Shown here piece by piece: positions 38,032 through 49,950 of a stretch of DNA of 64,000 nt; the stretch's first letter is position 1; each line of letters opens with the position of its first letter. Origin of the DNA: Squalus acanthias (lineage: Eukaryota); the NCBI GenBank assembly GCA_030390025.1, contig CM059432.1:101434001-101498000 (forward strand), written 5' to 3'. The notes under the pieces were generated by a model that worked only from the letters and a program-made list of their open reading frames with translations, searched no databases and was not told where the DNA came from. The position numbers and the translations under genes were made by a program.

Positions 38032-38094
38032 GAGCACAGAAGTCATAGGAGAAACATAGTAACATTAGGTAGTACCTCAAGCAGTAGGTATACA

Positions 38095-38300
38095 GTGGAA
38101 GAACAGTGCATGAGGAAAGTCAGGTTCAGCAGGAGAGTGGTGACTGAGGTGTAAAAGATGATCCACAAAGACCTGAAGGGACGGTCAACCTTTTGCAATT
38201 CACTATCAGCAGTAAAGGTACACACTGCCTTCAGCTTTTATGCCACAGGGATCTTCCCGACTGCTATAGGGAACATCTCAAGGGTCAGCCACTTCCTCAC
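38095..38300 (+). pseudogene. Harbinger transposase N-terminal fragment
   Basis: EEQCMRKVRFSR..V*KMIHKDL...AVKVHTAFSFYATGIF..IGNISRVS. Confidence 0.65.
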
Positions 38301-39099
38301 TTCATTGAGAAGGTATGTGAAGTCTATATATACCTCCACAAAAACCAGCACATCAGCCACTGCAAACAGAGAAGCATATGCATAAAGATCTCATTGCCCA
38401 GATCTTCCATTAAGCTCTGTAATTGGTTATTATTCTTTTATACATACTGACAATCCAATAATTGTCATTTGCCTTCCCCATTTAATTTTGCTGTGTATTG
38501 CAAATATATCACCTGTTTGGCTTTTGATCGTCTAATATTTTATTTTTTACACAATGACAGACTGCAATATATATTAAAAGTGGATTCATTTTATTAAGTT
38601 GTGCGGTGCCAGTATTAGATGTGCTTGCTGCTGCATTTATCCCTTGTGTGTTGTCAATTTCTGTATGTTGGTTGTGTACGTCCACTATTACTAAGTACTC
38701 CCCCAGTTGAAGGAGTAGCACTGGTAGAAGGTTGTATAGCCAAATAGTGACACAAAAAGCCCTCTAACTTTATCTGACTAACACCGATTGCCAGAAACCT
38801 CTGTTGATGAAGCCACTGTGGGCACAGTAATTTCTGAGGTGGTGCCTGCAGTCACTTGTCCTGGGCTCTGTAATGGCACAAAACTCTTGTCAAAATGAGT
38901 GCCAACCGTCTGCTTCTTTGCTCCACACATGCTACTGGAGGAAAGCATTTCCTCATGATGTTCACTAATATGTGTGAGCTTAGAATATTGGACATCTATG
39001 AGATTTTGGAGTTCTGCTCGATTATTGCCTGGACCAAAACTGAAGTACTATGGACAGATCTGGAGCCCTCCTTAGAAAAGTAATAGAAAGGTGCAACAT

Positions 39100-39560
39100 A
39101 AATTCACTAAGATGGTATCAGGGATGAGGGGCTACTGTTATCAAAATAGGCTTGAGAAGTTAGGGCTTTCTTTCACAAGAGCTGAAGAGGTAAAGGGATG
39201 GTCTGACACAGGTCTTAAGGATTATAACGGGTTATGATAGGTAAATAATAATTGTTTTTTATTGGTCAGTGAGACCATAAGAAGTGGACACAAATTTAAG
39301 ACAATCACAAAAAAAATTAAAGAAGCTTAGAAAAAGAAATTACATAAAGGGTGGTTAGAATACAGACTTCTCTACCACAAACTGTTGTTGAGTAGTGTCC
39401 ATAAATTATTTTAAAACCGTAATTAGGTTGGTGCTTGAAAAAGAATATTAATGGGTATAGGACATGAGCAGGAGAGTGAAATTAGACTGTGTGATTCATA
39501 TAGAAAGAAACAGGCAAAAACATGAAGAGTCAAATAGTCTGTCATTCAATGATTCTAGTT
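39100..39560 (+). mobile_element. Old CR1 3' fragment
   Basis: KFTKMVSGM..RLEKLGL remnant plus a CR1-like 3' end. Confidence 0.6.
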
Positions 39561-40428
39561 TGCTAAGGACTGGGGCTCCATCATTTGTCGCATACTGTGT
39601 CCTTCTACTATGTGCTAGATTTTCCTTCAAACATAAGAACAATGACAGTTAAGACAAAATGATTTAACCAATGGAAATTACTTCCATCTTAAATTGGGGT
39701 AGATTTTTGTCCTTACCGCTTAGGCATTGCCAAGGCAAATCTGGCAAGAAGGATCACGCAACATATTTATATATTTATATCACACAACATGTATTTATAT
39801 AGCGCCTTTAACGTAGTAAAACATCCCAAGGCACCTCACAAGAGTGCTATCAAACAAAAAAATTGACACAGAGCCACATAAGGCGATATTAGGGCAGATG
39901 ACCACAAGCTCGGTCAAAGAGGTAGGTTTTAAGGAGCGTCTTAAAGGAGGAGAGAGAGGTAGAAAGGCGGAGAGGTTTAGGGAGGGAATTCCAGAGCTTA
40001 AGGCTTTGGCAGTTGAAGGTACGGCTGTCAATGGTGGAGCAATTAATATCGGAATTGGAGAAGGGCAGACATCTTGGAAGGTTGTAGGGCTGGAGAGATG
40101 ACAGAGATAGGGAGGGCGAGGCCATGGAGGGATCTGAAAACAAGGATGAGAATGTTAAAATCAAGGTGTTGCTTAATCAGGTGCCAATGTAGTTCAGCAA
40201 GCACAGGGGTGATAGGTGAAAGGGACTTGGGACACGGGCAGCAGAGTTTTGGATGACTTCACGTTTACAGAGGGTAGAAAGTGGGAGGCCAGCCAGGAGT
40301 GCATTGGAATAGATAAGTCTAGAGGTAACAAAGGCATGGATGAGGGTTTCAGCAGCAGATGAGCTGAGGCGGGAGTGGAGTCGGACGATGTTGTGGAGGT
40401 GGAAATAGACGTTTTTAGTGATGGCGTG

Positions 40429-43400
40429 TGTCGTAAGAATGAGCCTTACGCGTGGTGAACTTAAAGTAAGCTTTAATCAACTAAAAAGGTGCTACATACA
40501 AAAGAGGTCTTACTCTATGCCTCTCCAGGATCCAACTGCTCAGTCCAGTATTTATCCTGGACTAATCACAGAAAGTGATGCAATAAAGTTCGAGTCACAG
40601 GAAGCTGTATTGCGTTACCACATTCTCCCCCCCCCCAAAGATTAGGAGGCCGGGATGCTCCCTCCATTTCGTAGCCGCCGGACGAGGGAGAGCCGCACCC
40701 GTTTGGGTTCTCGTAGCGGTAGAGGGCCCCTAGCCCGTTTACCCGCCGCGGGCCGTGGACCAGAGTCCGAGTGATCCAGCCCGCTCTGTGAGGGGTCAGG
40801 ACGATCCTGACTGTGTACTGGTGCCCGAACGGGTGTCGGGCAGGGCTGTGGCAGATCAGTTTCCGAGCGTATGGTACGGGGTGGATTGTGGCTGTGCGTG
40901 CGAGCCCCGACGGGCTCATAGTCAGTCTGCCCCAGGTCGGCACGCTGGAGTGAGGTACCAGCCGGCGTCAGATCCAGATCGTGATGAGAGGCACCTGGCG
41001 AGCCCAGAGATGTGCCTGGTACAATATCATCCCCTGGTGTCCCTCTATGTTTCGGCGGGCAGGGAGCCAGATCCCGCAATGACACGGTAGATTCCCGACC
41101 GTCAGGATACCGAATATAGGCGTAGGTAGGGTTGACGTCAGTGAGCTCAACCTCATCTACCAGGGGGTCATTCTTAGACGCCCGGACATATCTTCGGAGT
41201 AGCACTGGTCCCGGTGCAGTCAGCCACGACGGGAGAGATATCCCATAGGATGAGCGACGCTGAAATCGGAAGAACCGTTCATGAGGCGTCGTATTTGTGG
41301 CGGTCGAAAGGAGGGACCGTGTGGAGTGTAATGCGTCTGGAAGTACTGCTTCCCATTGCTGGTTGGGTAGGCCCCGAGATCTCAAAGCCAGATGTACCGC
41401 ATTCCAGATGATAGCGTTAAAACGCTCGACTTGCCCATTCCCGACCGGATGATAAGGCGTCGTTCTGCTGGCAGCAATACCCCGTTCCGAGAGATAGGCC
41501 TTGAGTTCTCCTGACATAAAAGAAGGGCCCCGATCCGAATTAACATAGGATGCCATGCCACAGAAAGCAAATACCTGCTCAAGGCAGCTGATAACCGTGG
41601 TCGTCAGCATATTGGGACAGGGAAAGGCAAACGGAAAACGGGAATACTCATCGACCATGGTCAATAGATAAGTGTTGTGAGTTGAAGAGGGCAACGGCCC
41701 CTTAAAATCGATGCTAAGCCGTTGCATTGGCTGGGTCGCATGTATGAGTATACCACCCGAGGGGCGGAAAAACTGAGGTTTCAATTCCGCACAGACTCTG
41801 CAGTCCGAGCACATCTTCTTTACATCCCCGGTAGAGAATGGGAGATTTCGGGACCGCACGAAGTGTAGCATGCGAGTAACGCCCGGATGACACAACCCAT
41901 CATGGATGTCTACGAGCGTAGAGGGTGCCATGGCGGAGCAGAATGCTCGTGTGAGGGTATCCGGAGCCACATTCTCCTTGCCAGGTCGATAGTGGATGGT
42001 GTAACCAAAAGAGGCCAATTCCAGCCGCCAAAGCTGGATTTTATTATTTTTAATTTTGGTCCGTTTTCGATTATCGAGCATGAAGGCGACCGATCGCTGG
42101 TCCGTGATTAAGGTAAAGTGCTGGCGAGCTAGGAGATGAGTCCACTTCCGTACTGCCTCTATGATGGCTGTAGCTTCTTTCTCGACTGGAGGATAATGTA
42201 GCTCAGCCCCTTGAAAAGTCCTGGACAAAAATGCCACCGGACGACCTTCCTGATTCAGAGTGGCCGAGATCGCCACCTCTGAGGCATCACACTCAACAAC
42301 AAAAGGAAGACTCTCATCGATGGAGTGAAGAGCCGCTTTCTCCAACTGTTTTTTCAGGAGGTTAAAGGCTGCAACAGCCGCTGTGTCTAGTGGGAATGTG
42401 CTGGCCTTCAGTAGAGGTTGGATTCGGTCCGAGAAGTTAGGAATCCATTTAGCATAGTATGCAAACAGGCCGAGGGCCCGGCGCAAGGAGGCCGGATTCT
42501 TAGGTGGCGGGAGCTCTTGGAGTGGGCGAAGCCTTTCAGGGTCAGGTTTAATGATGCCATTGCCCACACAATAGCCAAGGATGTTGATGGTTGGTTGTGA
42601 CTCAATGGATTTAGCCGCATTTAATGTCAAATTACGGTGCTGGAGTGCATCCCAAAATCGTTGGAGATTGGCGTCATGTTCCCGCTGATTGCGACCTGCG
42701 ACAGTAATATTGTCCAGATAAGGAAACGTATCCTTCAAGTCTTCCTGTTTGACCAGGTCATCCATTGCTCGCTGGAAGACAGCCACTCCATTAGTGACCC
42801 CAAAGGGGAGGCGACGAAATTGATACAGCCGTCCATTGGCTTCAAAGGCCGTATACTGCTTGTCTGAGACCTTCAAGGGTACCTGATGATAGGCACTTTT
42901 CAGATCATATGTTGAGAACACCGTGTACTCAGCCAGTTTATTAACCATATCATCGATGCGCGGCAATGGGTATGCGTCCAAGTCCGTATATTGATTGATG
43001 GTCTGTGAATAGTCAATGCACAGCCGTTTCTTGTGAGGTTGTAGAGGGTTCTTAACAATAACGACCTGGGCGCGCCATGGCGACGAACAAGGCTCGATGA
43101 TATCCTCTGCTAAAAGCCGAGAAATCTCAGCCGCAATAAAAGACTGGTCTTCCTGACTGAAACGTCGTGACTTTGTTATAATCGGTTTGCATCGAGGAGG
43201 GATACTGGTAAACAGTGAGGGTTCATCCAGTGAAGCTGCTGACAATGCACAGAACGGTAATCGAGGTCGTATATTAGAAATAGTGAGTTCAGGTTTGGAT
43301 CCGCCGAACTCAATGGTGAGCTTCTTATGCTGCTTTTGAAAATCCAGCCCTAAGATAAGATCACTACATAAGTCCTTGAGCACCGAAAGCCGGGTGGAGG

Positions 43401-44870
43401 GATACCTGCGACCATTAAGTGTTATTTCAACCATACAAAAGCCAGAAATTCTGGTATTAAGTGATGACTGAGCCATCGCAATTGCCTGGTCTGATGGGAA
43501 AACATGTAGCTTTAACTCTGCAACAATCTGTTCCCTAATGAAACTATCAGTGCTACCTGAATCAATTAAGGCATCTAAAGTATGTCCATTAATTGATGGT
43601 TTTGTAGCTGCATGGAATAGGTTCTGAGGACAAGCAGCTGTAATTGGTGTCGTTGCACAAAGAGTGGCTGAAACTCTAGGTGTGTTTCTTCGAGAGAAAA
43701 CCCGAGAGGAAGCACGATAGATTTTAGCCGGAACATCTTGATAGGCCCTTACCGGGGCAGTTCGGTAGGACTTAGCTTGATAAGCCCTCGTAGAGGCTCT
43801 TGATAGGCAAACCTTTGCAAAATGACCCTTTTTGTTGCAATGACTGCAAAACGCATTGCGAGCAGGGCAGAATTTCCGAGGGTGAAACTCATCACCACAA
43901 AAGAAGCATTTCTTAGATTGCCAAGAGGCTGCCACAGTGGGGTCATCATCCTCTTCATCAGTGAAGTCATCAGATTGATCGTCAGGGATAAAGTCCTCCC
44001 TAATAGAGTTCACCTGTGGCCTCTTAAATTGCCTGACTGTAGTTAAGGCAGCAGACCGAGGTCTGGGCACTGTATAAAGGTCTGCATTTCTTTTTGCCAG
44101 ATCTGGAGAGCAAGCCATGTCATAAGCTCTCTGAAGCTCAAGTGTCTTACTTTCCAGTAGACGCTGGCGTATAAATGGGGAGGCAAGCCCGCAGATGAAA
44201 GCATCACGGATCATTTCTTCACGGTACAGCTCAGCTGAGGCCGCCTGAAAGTTACAGTCTATACTAAGTCTGCGAAGCTCTTGGAGGAATTTATCAATGG
44301 ATTCCTCCGGCCCTTGTTGGGCTGTAGCTAGTAGATGTCTGGCATAGACCTCATTCGGTGTCTTAGTATATAGTCTTTTAAGCGTCCGAATTGCCTCCTC
44401 GTAACTGCCCCATTCCTCAACATACTGAAATACATTCGGAGTGACACAGTTGATGAGTATCTGCAACTTTGTGTCATCATCAGCCTTGCAATATTCGAGA
44501 AAATTGTCAAACGTGCGATACCAGTGTTTCCACACCTTACCGGCTGCTGGGGTGTTTGGGTCCAAGTCAAGACGCGATGGTTTAAGGATGTTTTCCATGA
44601 TGGGTGATTCCCTGGATCCTTAGTTCCGAGTTTGTCCAAAAAGTTTGAGTGCGAAGTTTTTCAAAGTTGATTAAATTGTCGTAAGAATGAGCCTTACGCG
44701 TGGTGAACTTAAAGTAAGCTTTAATCAACTAAAAAGGTGCTACATACAAAAGAGGTCTTACTCTATGCCTCTCCAGGATCCAACTGCTCAGTCCAGTATT
44801 TATCCTGGACTAATCACAGGAAGTGATGCAATAAAGTTCGAGTCACAGGAAGCTGTATTGTGTTACCACA
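40429..44870 (-). mobile_element. Full-length Ty3/Gypsy LTR retrotransposon
   Basis: LTRs at 40429-40622 and 44677-44870 (194 bp, TG..CA, 2 visible mismatches). TSD GCGTG. Poly-G polypurine tract beside the 3' LTR at about 40623-40640. Confidence 0.98.
40642..44598 (-). CDS. Gypsy Gag-Pol polyprotein (Gag with CCHC knuckles, protease, RT, RNase H, integrase), 1318 aa
   Basis: CFFC..H..C and CSHCNKKGHFAKVC knuckles, LIDSGS protease, RLCIDY, LPFG, YLDN, CDAS, TDQ, HDGLCH..CRVC, and an IDF/SDRG/VER DDE triad. No stops. Confidence 0.97.
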   Translation of the reverse strand: MENILKPSRLDLDPNTPAAGKVWKHWYRTFDNFLEYCKADDDTKLQILINCVTPNVFQYVEEWGSYEEAIRTLKRLYTKTPNEVYARHLLATAQQGPEESIDKFLQELRRLSIDCNFQAASAELYREEMIRDAFICGLASPFIRQRLLESKTLELQRAYDMACSPDLAKRNADLYTVPRPRSAALTTVRQFKRPQVNSIREDFIPDDQSDDFTDEEDDDPTVAASWQSKKCFFCGDEFHPRKFCPARNAFCSHCNKKGHFAKVCLSRASTRAYQAKSYRTAPVRAYQDVPAKIYRASSRVFSRRNTPRVSATLCATTPITAACPQNLFHAATKPSINGHTLDALIDSGSTDSFIREQIVAELKLHVFPSDQAIAMAQSSLNTRISGFCMVEITLNGRRYPSTRLSVLKDLCSDLILGLDFQKQHKKLTIEFGGSKPELTISNIRPRLPFCALSAASLDEPSLFTSIPPRCKPIITKSRRFSQEDQSFIAAEISRLLAEDIIEPCSSPWRAQVVIVKNPLQPHKKRLCIDYSQTINQYTDLDAYPLPRIDDMVNKLAEYTVFSTYDLKSAYHQVPLKVSDKQYTAFEANGRLYQFRRLPFGVTNGVAVFQRAMDDLVKQEDLKDTFPYLDNITVAGRNQREHDANLQRFWDALQHRNLTLNAAKSIESQPTINILGYCVGNGIIKPDPERLRPLQELPPPKNPASLRRALGLFAYYAKWIPNFSDRIQPLLKASTFPLDTAAVAAFNLLKKQLEKAALHSIDESLPFVVECDASEVAISATLNQEGRPVAFLSRTFQGAELHYPPVEKEATAIIEAVRKWTHLLARQHFTLITDQRSVAFMLDNRKRTKIKNNKIQLWRLELASFGYTIHYRPGKENVAPDTLTRAFCSAMAPSTLVDIHDGLCHPGVTRMLHFVRSRNLPFSTGDVKKMCSDCRVCAELKPQFFRPSGGILIHATQPMQRLSIDFKGPLPSSTHNTYLLTMVDEYSRFPFAFPCPNMLTTTVISCLEQVFAFCGMASYVNSDRGPSFMSGELKAYLSERGIAASRTTPYHPVGNGQVERFNAIIWNAVHLALRSRGLPNQQWEAVLPDALHSTRSLLSTATNTTPHERFFRFQRRSSYGISLPSWLTAPGPVLLRRYVRASKNDPLVDEVELTDVNPTYAYIRYPDGRESTVSLRDLAPCPPKHRGTPGDDIVPGTSLGSPGASHHDLDLTPAGTSLQRADLGQTDYEPVGARTHSHNPPRTIRSETDLPQPCPTPVRAPVHSQDRPDPSQSGLDHSDSGPRPAAGKRARGPLPLREPKRVRLSLVRRLRNGGSIPAS

Positions 44871-46588
44871 GCGTGGATATGTGGTTGGAAGCTCACCTCG
44901 GGGTCAAATATGACACCAACGTTGCGAATAGTCTGGTTCAGCCTCAGACAGTTGCCAGGGAGAGGGATGGAGTCGGCGCCCTTACAGAACCTGTCAGATT
45001 TTCCTTCCATTCATTTCAATGCAAGGAAAGTCAAACAGGTTCTGTTACCAGATTTTCCTTTCTGCAATCTGCCCAAACGATGCTTAACACCCACGCAGTA
45101 AAGACAAAATTCTACCACGTGGTCGCCCCCATGATGTTATGTAAAATTAAAATATCATAACTGTGCTATTTTTAATTCTAATAATTTACTTGCTACATCC
45201 TTGCTAACCTTTTTCCATGTCAATGCAGAACGTAGCACTAGTATTAGTATATCTTTTACAGGCACTACTTTCCTTCATGCACAGACATGTCTTGTGTTCT
45301 CCTTTACATAAACCTCATGACTTGCCATTGTGCTCTTCTTCTCAATGTCCTCCCAGGTGATCTGAGTGCCAGTCAGGGGTTGATCCTGGCTGTCATATAT
45401 TTCCATGTTGTCTGTCTCCTTTACATGCTAGAGATGTTTTGCCTGCCACTAAAAATTCCCTTGCACTGCTCCATTATACTGCTAACCAACACTTGCAAGA
45501 CCGCAGTGCTAAATGGGCTTTTTCTGTGTTGACATTTAGACATTTTCTCCAACATTCTCCACAGCTGGATTATTCATTTTATCAGTTGCTTGAATAATAT
45601 TAAAGGATCATTCCTGCAGGTGTGTTGTGATTAGCTATTATTTTTTCACTGCCACTAACAAAATGACATTTGCACAATTAACACATTTGAAAGCCACACA
45701 TTAATACAATTCTGTTAGCATTTTATTAATATTGAACAAAAAACATGCTTCACTCCCTTTTATTAGGGAAGAAAAGGAATGTTCAGGCCAGGATTGTGAA
45801 CCTCATTAGCATAATCTATTTTATAGCCAGTTTAAACAATTGAGGTTGATGAGCAACACTGAGTAAAACTGAAAAATCGATCAACATTTTGTTTACCAGT
45901 CAGTATTTATTTCAAATGTTTGTGACTTTTTTTGTGCTTATCAAAGTATCAGCACTGAGAATGAAACACTATTTATTTCAGTCACCCAGTATTAATTTCA
46001 ACATAGGTCAGTTATAGCAGAGTTAGATGCAGAGTAATGCTCCTCTGGTCTACCTTAATAATATGCTTTAGCTCAAGTTTCAGAACGTCAACCTGATTGC
46101 ACTAATGTGACAATTTTTCCATTTTCCACTCCAGCTATCTCATGGTCTTTCTGACTGAGATTGCCAAGAAGTGCTGAGTTAGGGGCAGTTCTGTATTGTA
46201 AGCATATGCTCACTAAGAAGTGGACTGGGTCTGCCCAAGCCCATATATACACATACATACAAGCAAGCAGGCTAAATTATACCCATATCTGAAGCTTAAT
46301 TCGAATCACAGATTTAGTTGGATATTTTCAAATGTACACATTTCTGATCAGTTCAGAATAGATGATACCTGAAGCAACAGGACCTGGAGTTTCCTCCTTG
46401 GGTGCAACCCTGAAGATAGACCTGAAAATGCACCCAATTTTGTCCGATTTTGCCGTTGTCAAGTTATACCCAAGTGTTGCCCCCACCTACCCACACCAGT
46501 ATATTTCTTCTTTGAGTCTTAAAATTTAAGTTTCAACTCATTGAGGGAGAAATTCGGTACAGCCCCATTTGGGGCACTAAAACTTTAA

Positions 46589-47706
46589 GGGGTAAAAAAT
46601 TGGGTTGATTTGCGCCTCTGGTGGCGCTGATGGGGCGCAAATCCCCTTGTGCCCGGGCTTGGCACCGCTAATGCCTCCCGCGAAATTCAGCGGGAGGTTA
46701 GCGGCGGCGGTAGCTGGTAGCGCCCTGTGGCGCTGCGCTGCCGGCGATGATGTCATCACTGTGCGCAGTGCCCCGGCCGCAACCTTGGGTTGCACCCCCT
46801 GACCTAGCACCGGACGATATGTCCGACAGGGTGGCGTTTTTGCAGCCGCGGCAGCGCTACTTAAAGGGCAGGTGTCGGGCGGCCATTTTTTTTGGGCCAA
46901 CTGCCAGCACCTGCCCCCTTCCACTTTTCTCTTCAGTGTGTTGGCCGCGATCGCTCTAAAGTGCGGTCTCTTAAAGGGGAACTACCTTCTAAAATGAAAA
47001 AAATAAAAATCATTTAAAAAATAGGTAGTTTTTAGCCCTTACAGCTCATCTGCCTTCTGAGGTTTAGTTTCCTCTTCTTCTGCTTCTTCCTCTTCTGCAT
47101 CTTCCTCTTCCCTCTGCGAGCGGATACTGGAAATCTGAAATAAAAGCAGAAAATGCTGCAAATACTCAACAGGCCAGGCAGCATCTCGACCTGAGACGTG
47201 AACTCTGTTTCTCTCTCCCCGATGCTGCCTGACCTGCTGAGTATTTCCAGCATTTTCTGTCTTCTCAGAGGCCTTCCTTTGCAATCTGAAACCTTGCAAG
47301 CATCCAGTAGTACTCCCTGCACACTTAAAAACTTTTAACATGTATTGCACCAAGCCACTACTTCAATAAAATAAAAAAAATCCAATCCAAAAGCTTGAAT
47401 GCAAACTTACCTGAAAGCTGTGTGTGTTCCTTTAAGGACTGCTGACAGTGTCTCTGTCAGTCAGCTGCACGCTCGCTTTTCAGAGCGAGCTTAGGACCCA
47501 GTGCAAAGTTCCAAGCTCGTCGAGCGTGACGTTAAGTCAGCGTTGCACACCGACTGACGTCACGCTCTCCATATTTGCATCTCCAGGGACAGCACTGCTC
47601 TCGGCAGCACTGAGGCACTCAGCAAAATGGCGTCGCCGAATCCCGCGTCAGAGGCATGCGTTAGAGCAGCGGCTGCCATTTTTTTTCTAGGATTGCGGCG
47701 CCATAT
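46589..47706. mobile_element. Composite of two truncated Harbinger-like elements: left part of the 57927 family and right part of the 26058 family with the palindrome
   Basis: TAA|GGGGTAAAAAATT start. 46600-46920 is collinear with 57927-58270. 46975-47700 is collinear with the Myb-remnant family. Confidence 0.6.
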
Positions 47707-47857
47707 TTCCTTGTTCTCTCTCTCTCTCCTTTCTTGAATAGCAGGGTTACATTTGCTACCTTCCAATCCATGGGAACTGTTCTAGAATCTAGGAAATTCT
47801 GGAAGATCAAAACCAGTGCATGCACTATCTCTGTAGCCACCTCTTTTAAAACCCTCG

Positions 47858-49624
47858 GGGCTAGCAATTCATATGTTGAGCGCCACTCCGTAGTGCCATG
47901 AAATGGCGATAAAATGGCGGCCGATGCTCTTTCACCAGTTGGTGGTGGGTCTAGCGGCGGCTGCCATATTGCTCTCCCCCTTTGTACTGTTGCTAACTGG
48001 CAGCGCCCTGCAAAAAAAAATGGCGACGTGGTGACGTCAATTGGCGTGCAACACCAACTTAAGGTCATCAACGCGAACTTTGACCCCACTGGGTCCTAAG
48101 CACGCCAGGTTAACCTGGCGTGCAAGCAGGCTGACAGTGGCGATGTCTGCAGCTCTTAAAGGGACACACACATCATTCAGTTAGGTTTGAATTTAAGGGT
48201 TTGGACTTTTTAAAACATTTTTATTGAAGTGGTGGCTTGCTGCAATAGATGCAAAAAGTTTTTTTTAAGTGTGTAGGGAGTGCTGCTGGACATTTGCAAG
48301 GGCTCGGATGGTAAATGAAGGCCTTTGAGAAGACAGAATATGCTGCGAATACTCAGCAAGTCACGCAACATCCGTGGAGAGAAAAACAGAGTTCACGTCT
48401 CAGGTCGACATGCTGCCTGACCAACTGAGTATTTCCAGCATTTTATGCTTCATTTCACATTTACAGCATCCGCTTGCAGAGGGAAGAGGAAAAAGCAGAA
48501 GAGGAAGAAGCCAAAGAGGAGGAATCAGATGGAAGGTTGCATTCCAGACAGCCGCTTTGTGGCCGGGATATCCTGGATGGAATCATCTGCCTGCGGTCCC
48601 ACTGGCTGAGCAGGCTGCCTCTTCTTGTTGACCCACTGGCTGGGAATGCTGCATTTCTTGGGTGTGTGAAATAAGGAAGGCACAAGGGTGGAGTTGTGCT
48701 AACGGGAGTGTGGGAAAGCAAGAGGTGCATGCCAGAAGGAGGATAACGTACGAGGATACCCGCATCTTGTATCCTTTCTGCCCCGCCGCTGGCCAAGGGC
48801 TCAGCAATGCCCTGCCAAGAATGGTCTGCATCGTCTCCTCCAAGGGGGTGAGGTGAGGTTAGGAATGGGAGATGTACCTCGTCATTGGTAGGTGAGTGAT
48901 TGGGGCTCGTGCTTTGATCAGTGTGGTGCAGTTGGTAGGAGACGGCGTTGGAAGATGCATTCACTGACCTTGACCAGTGGTCTGAGGTCATGAAGCTTCT
49001 TTGGGCACTGGAGCCAGGGGGTGGGGTGAAACTGCTGGCAGTGACGGCCTTAGTGATGTACTCCCACATCATTCTTTCTGGAGGACTTCCTGGTCCCTGT
49101 GGGTAGAGGGACGTTCGTACAGTATTGACCCCTGCACAAAGCTGGACTGTTGTGTGTGAAACCCTTGGTGCCCCTTCCCTGGCTTGCTGAGCCATTTGTG
49201 TTAGTGCTGAGGCAGTTTTCCCATTTGTTGAGGTTAGGAAGGTAATTCAGCTTTAACAGCTGAATAGTCACATATGGAACATCTTTTAAATATTGAATAT
49301 TTCTGAAAAGGAAGAATGGGCTGAAAAATGTATTGATTCACTGCATTTTATTTTGTATTGCTTCAGTGTGCATGGCCCCTTTAATTCTCAGACCTCTTCA
49401 TTGCTCACAATTCCTTGTGAGAAGCTGCATGCCGGACCTGGACAGGATCTTCCTCCCGGATCCCTCCAGCAATGCCACCGGGACGGCGTTGCACGGAAGG
49501 TGAGCGCTGCGCCACCTATCTCCATGTTCCCCCCAGACCAATTTCAATCGGTTAGCGTTGCGGCCATTAACTGCAGTTGCCAGTGACACCCGCAACTTTG
49601 CTGGCGAATACGAATTTTCCCCCC
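47858..49624 (-). mobile_element. Internally deleted Harbinger derivative with Myb remnant and captured palindrome
   Basis: TIRs GGGCTAGCAATT / AATTTTCCCCCC. MAQQAREG.. remnant. Inserted into the CR1 at ACCCT|AGGATG. Confidence 0.75.
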
Positions 49625-49950
49625 GAGGATGTCAGCTATCAGGTCCAGCGGATTGGTTGGCTTTAATTTCTCCAATACTATTTCTTTACTAATACTAATT
49701 TCTTTAAGTTCTTCATTCTCACCAGACCCTTGATTTCCCATTATTTTCAAAATGTTTTTTATGTCTTTTACCACGAAGTCAGATACAAAGTATTTATTTA
49801 ATGTCTCTGCCATTTCCTTATTTCCCATTATACTTTCTCCGGTCTCTGCCTCTAAGGTACCCATGCGTACTTTCGCTAATCTCTTCCTTTTTACATACCT
49901 ATAGAAGCTTTTACAATCTGTTTTTTGTCTCTTGCTAGTTTATACTGTAC

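Larger units (their letters stand above)
39786..44972 (-). mobile_element. L2 LINE 3' portion (39786-40428 and 44871-44972) interrupted by the Gypsy element
   Basis: Reverse L2 3' end (TTTATATAGCGCCTTTAACGTAGTAAAACATCCCAAGG). LWNSLP...FKTLLKTYLF. RNVGVIFDPE resumes after the Gypsy TSD. Confidence 0.8.

Noticed and set aside
40418..40645. Duplicated small ORF (MSLTRGELK..., also at 44687)
   Set aside because: It is the antisense reading of the two Gypsy LTRs.
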